Below are positions 36,676-37,602 of a stretch of 37,602 bases of DNA, in pieces (the stretch's first letter is position 1; each line of letters starts with the position of its first letter). The notes below the pieces were generated by a model. That model saw only the letters and a list, made by a program, of their open reading frames with translations, was not told where the DNA came from and searched no databases. A program made the position numbers and the translations under genes. The DNA comes from Akkermansiaceae bacterium (GTDB lineage Bacteria > Verrucomicrobiota > Verrucomicrobiia > Verrucomicrobiales > Akkermansiaceae): contig JBPOGF010000030.1 of NCBI GenBank assembly GCA_051251915.1, positions 1 to 37,602 on the forward strand, read 5' to 3'.

Positions 36676-37422
36676 ATGGTGTTAGCTTTTAAAATGAAAA
36701 AATCGCAAAGAGAGCATTTATCTAGATCAGACATCACAGACCGTGTTAACTCAATGCTATTTGCTCTTTTCGGTGATGCTTGTGATCTTAGGAAACCCGC
36801 TGATATAAAGAAAATATTGGAGATTTTAACTACTCAAAACTGGGTTGATTTTTCGGACCACGAAGATCTTGGATTTAGTTCGCTGGAGTCAAAGGTCAGA
36901 GGTATGTTTACGGTGGAACCAAATAGAATAAGAATTTGCTCTACACTTGAACGTTGGAGTGCTGAATATAATTTTGTATTAGCTCATGAAATAGGTCACT
37001 TGGCATTGCACCGGAAGATGATAGGCAAAGGGAAATTTATAGATCGGAGCTCAATTCCGGCAGATACAGCCGAAGAGCTTAAATACAGAGATAAAGCTAC
37101 TCTGAGTGATTTAGGATGGATTGAATGGCAAGCTAACGAGTTTGCTATTTCTCTAATTTTACCTTCAGCTTATTTATCCTACGAAGTTTATAAGAAACAA
37201 ACCGAGATGGATATTAAGAGTAGGAGGGGAATCATCTACTTTGATGATCAAATTGAGAATCAGATGCATGCTAAGATTATCGTTGATTCCATAGCAAATG
37301 ATTATTTTGTGAAGAGTGATTTACTTTGGAAGAGGTTACGTTTTTTAGGGATACTCCAAGACCATCGCGTGAAAGTGGTAAATGTTCCATATGACTGTCT
37401 AAAAGGGCTATTCTATAGCTAG
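36676..37422 (+). CDS. ImmA/IrrE family zinc metallopeptidase
   Basis: NFVLAHEIGHLALH (HEXXH) and EWQANEFAISLILP. Confidence 0.9.
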   Translation: MVLAFKMKKSQREHLSRSDITDRVNSMLFALFGDACDLRKPADIKKILEILTTQNWVDFSDHEDLGFSSLESKVRGMFTVEPNRIRICSTLERWSAEYNFVLAHEIGHLALHRKMIGKGKFIDRSSIPADTAEELKYRDKATLSDLGWIEWQANEFAISLILPSAYLSYEVYKKQTEMDIKSRRGIIYFDDQIENQMHAKIIVDSIANDYFVKSDLLWKRLRFLGILQDHRVKVVNVPYDCLKGLFYS

Positions 37423-37462
37423 TATTTTCTAAATAATTTATTCTAACCTTACTCGTTTTCCA

Positions 37463-37487
37463 CTGTGCCTTCAGCACAGGATTCTTT
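37463..37487 (+). terminator. Weak possible terminator
   Basis: CTGTGC-CTTCA-GCACAG followed by GATTCTTT; the U-tract is poor. Confidence 0.3.
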
Positions 37488-37602
37488 GGTGGGGTGTTTC
37501 CTAGGGATGAATCCCTGACTTTTATACAGATCTATTTGTGAACAAATTTTGATAGAATTTTAGACGTCTTAAAGTACTAGGAGGATGAGCCTAACAGATC
37601 TT

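Noticed and set aside
1008..37477. Dozens of overlapping or antisense ORFs in the six-frame track (e.g. 10644..11138, 15500..15970, 17306..17875, 19039..19623, 25452..26006, 28250..28714)
   Set aside because: They overlap confidently assigned genes, show no motifs, and have low-complexity compositions expected from the strand skew or from antisense reading of repeats.
36545..37558. Integron attC sites between the AT-rich genes (e.g. ATTCTAAC 37440-37447 with GATAGAAT 37551-37558)
   Set aside because: The invariant GTT of the R' box is missing, there are no clear L boxes, the two spacers are not alike, and no integrase is in the window. A decayed site cannot be excluded without a covariance-model search.

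Overview
This looks like a chromosomal segment of a Verrucomicrobiota bacterium, probably a marine Rubritalea/Akkermansiaceae-like organism. That placement is inferred from two PEP-CTERM proteins, a giant PilX-type protein resembling Verru_Chthon cassette protein A, and an NPYAPP membrane protein. The window opens with the 3' end of a 5S rRNA gene and its terminator. A housekeeping backbone follows (dapA, holA, jag/khpB, leuC, mlaE, tilS, a GGQ ribosome-rescue factor, a class V aminotransferase), and it carries an extreme G>C, T>A skew on the + strand. Accessory blocks are interspersed. The best candidate for an undescribed system is at 19390-23828: a LytS/LytTR two-component pair converging on a three-lipoprotein operon (YHYH protein, MORN-variant repeat protein, SCO copper chaperone). 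The operon's promoter has three direct repeats at exact 21-bp phase, consistent with LytTR boxes, and may give a leaderless transcript. Other notable items are a degenerate Cys-rich metallophosphoesterase paired with a sodium:solute symporter (possible organoarsenical link), a GC-rich 2078-aa PEP-CTERM adhesin that looks chimeric and has a structured leader, REP-like hairpins sitting right after stop codons, heptamer tracts, and an AT-rich island with an ImmA/IrrE protease at the right edge. No transposase, integrase, tRNA or CRISPR array was seen. All assignments come from motif reading; no searches were run.
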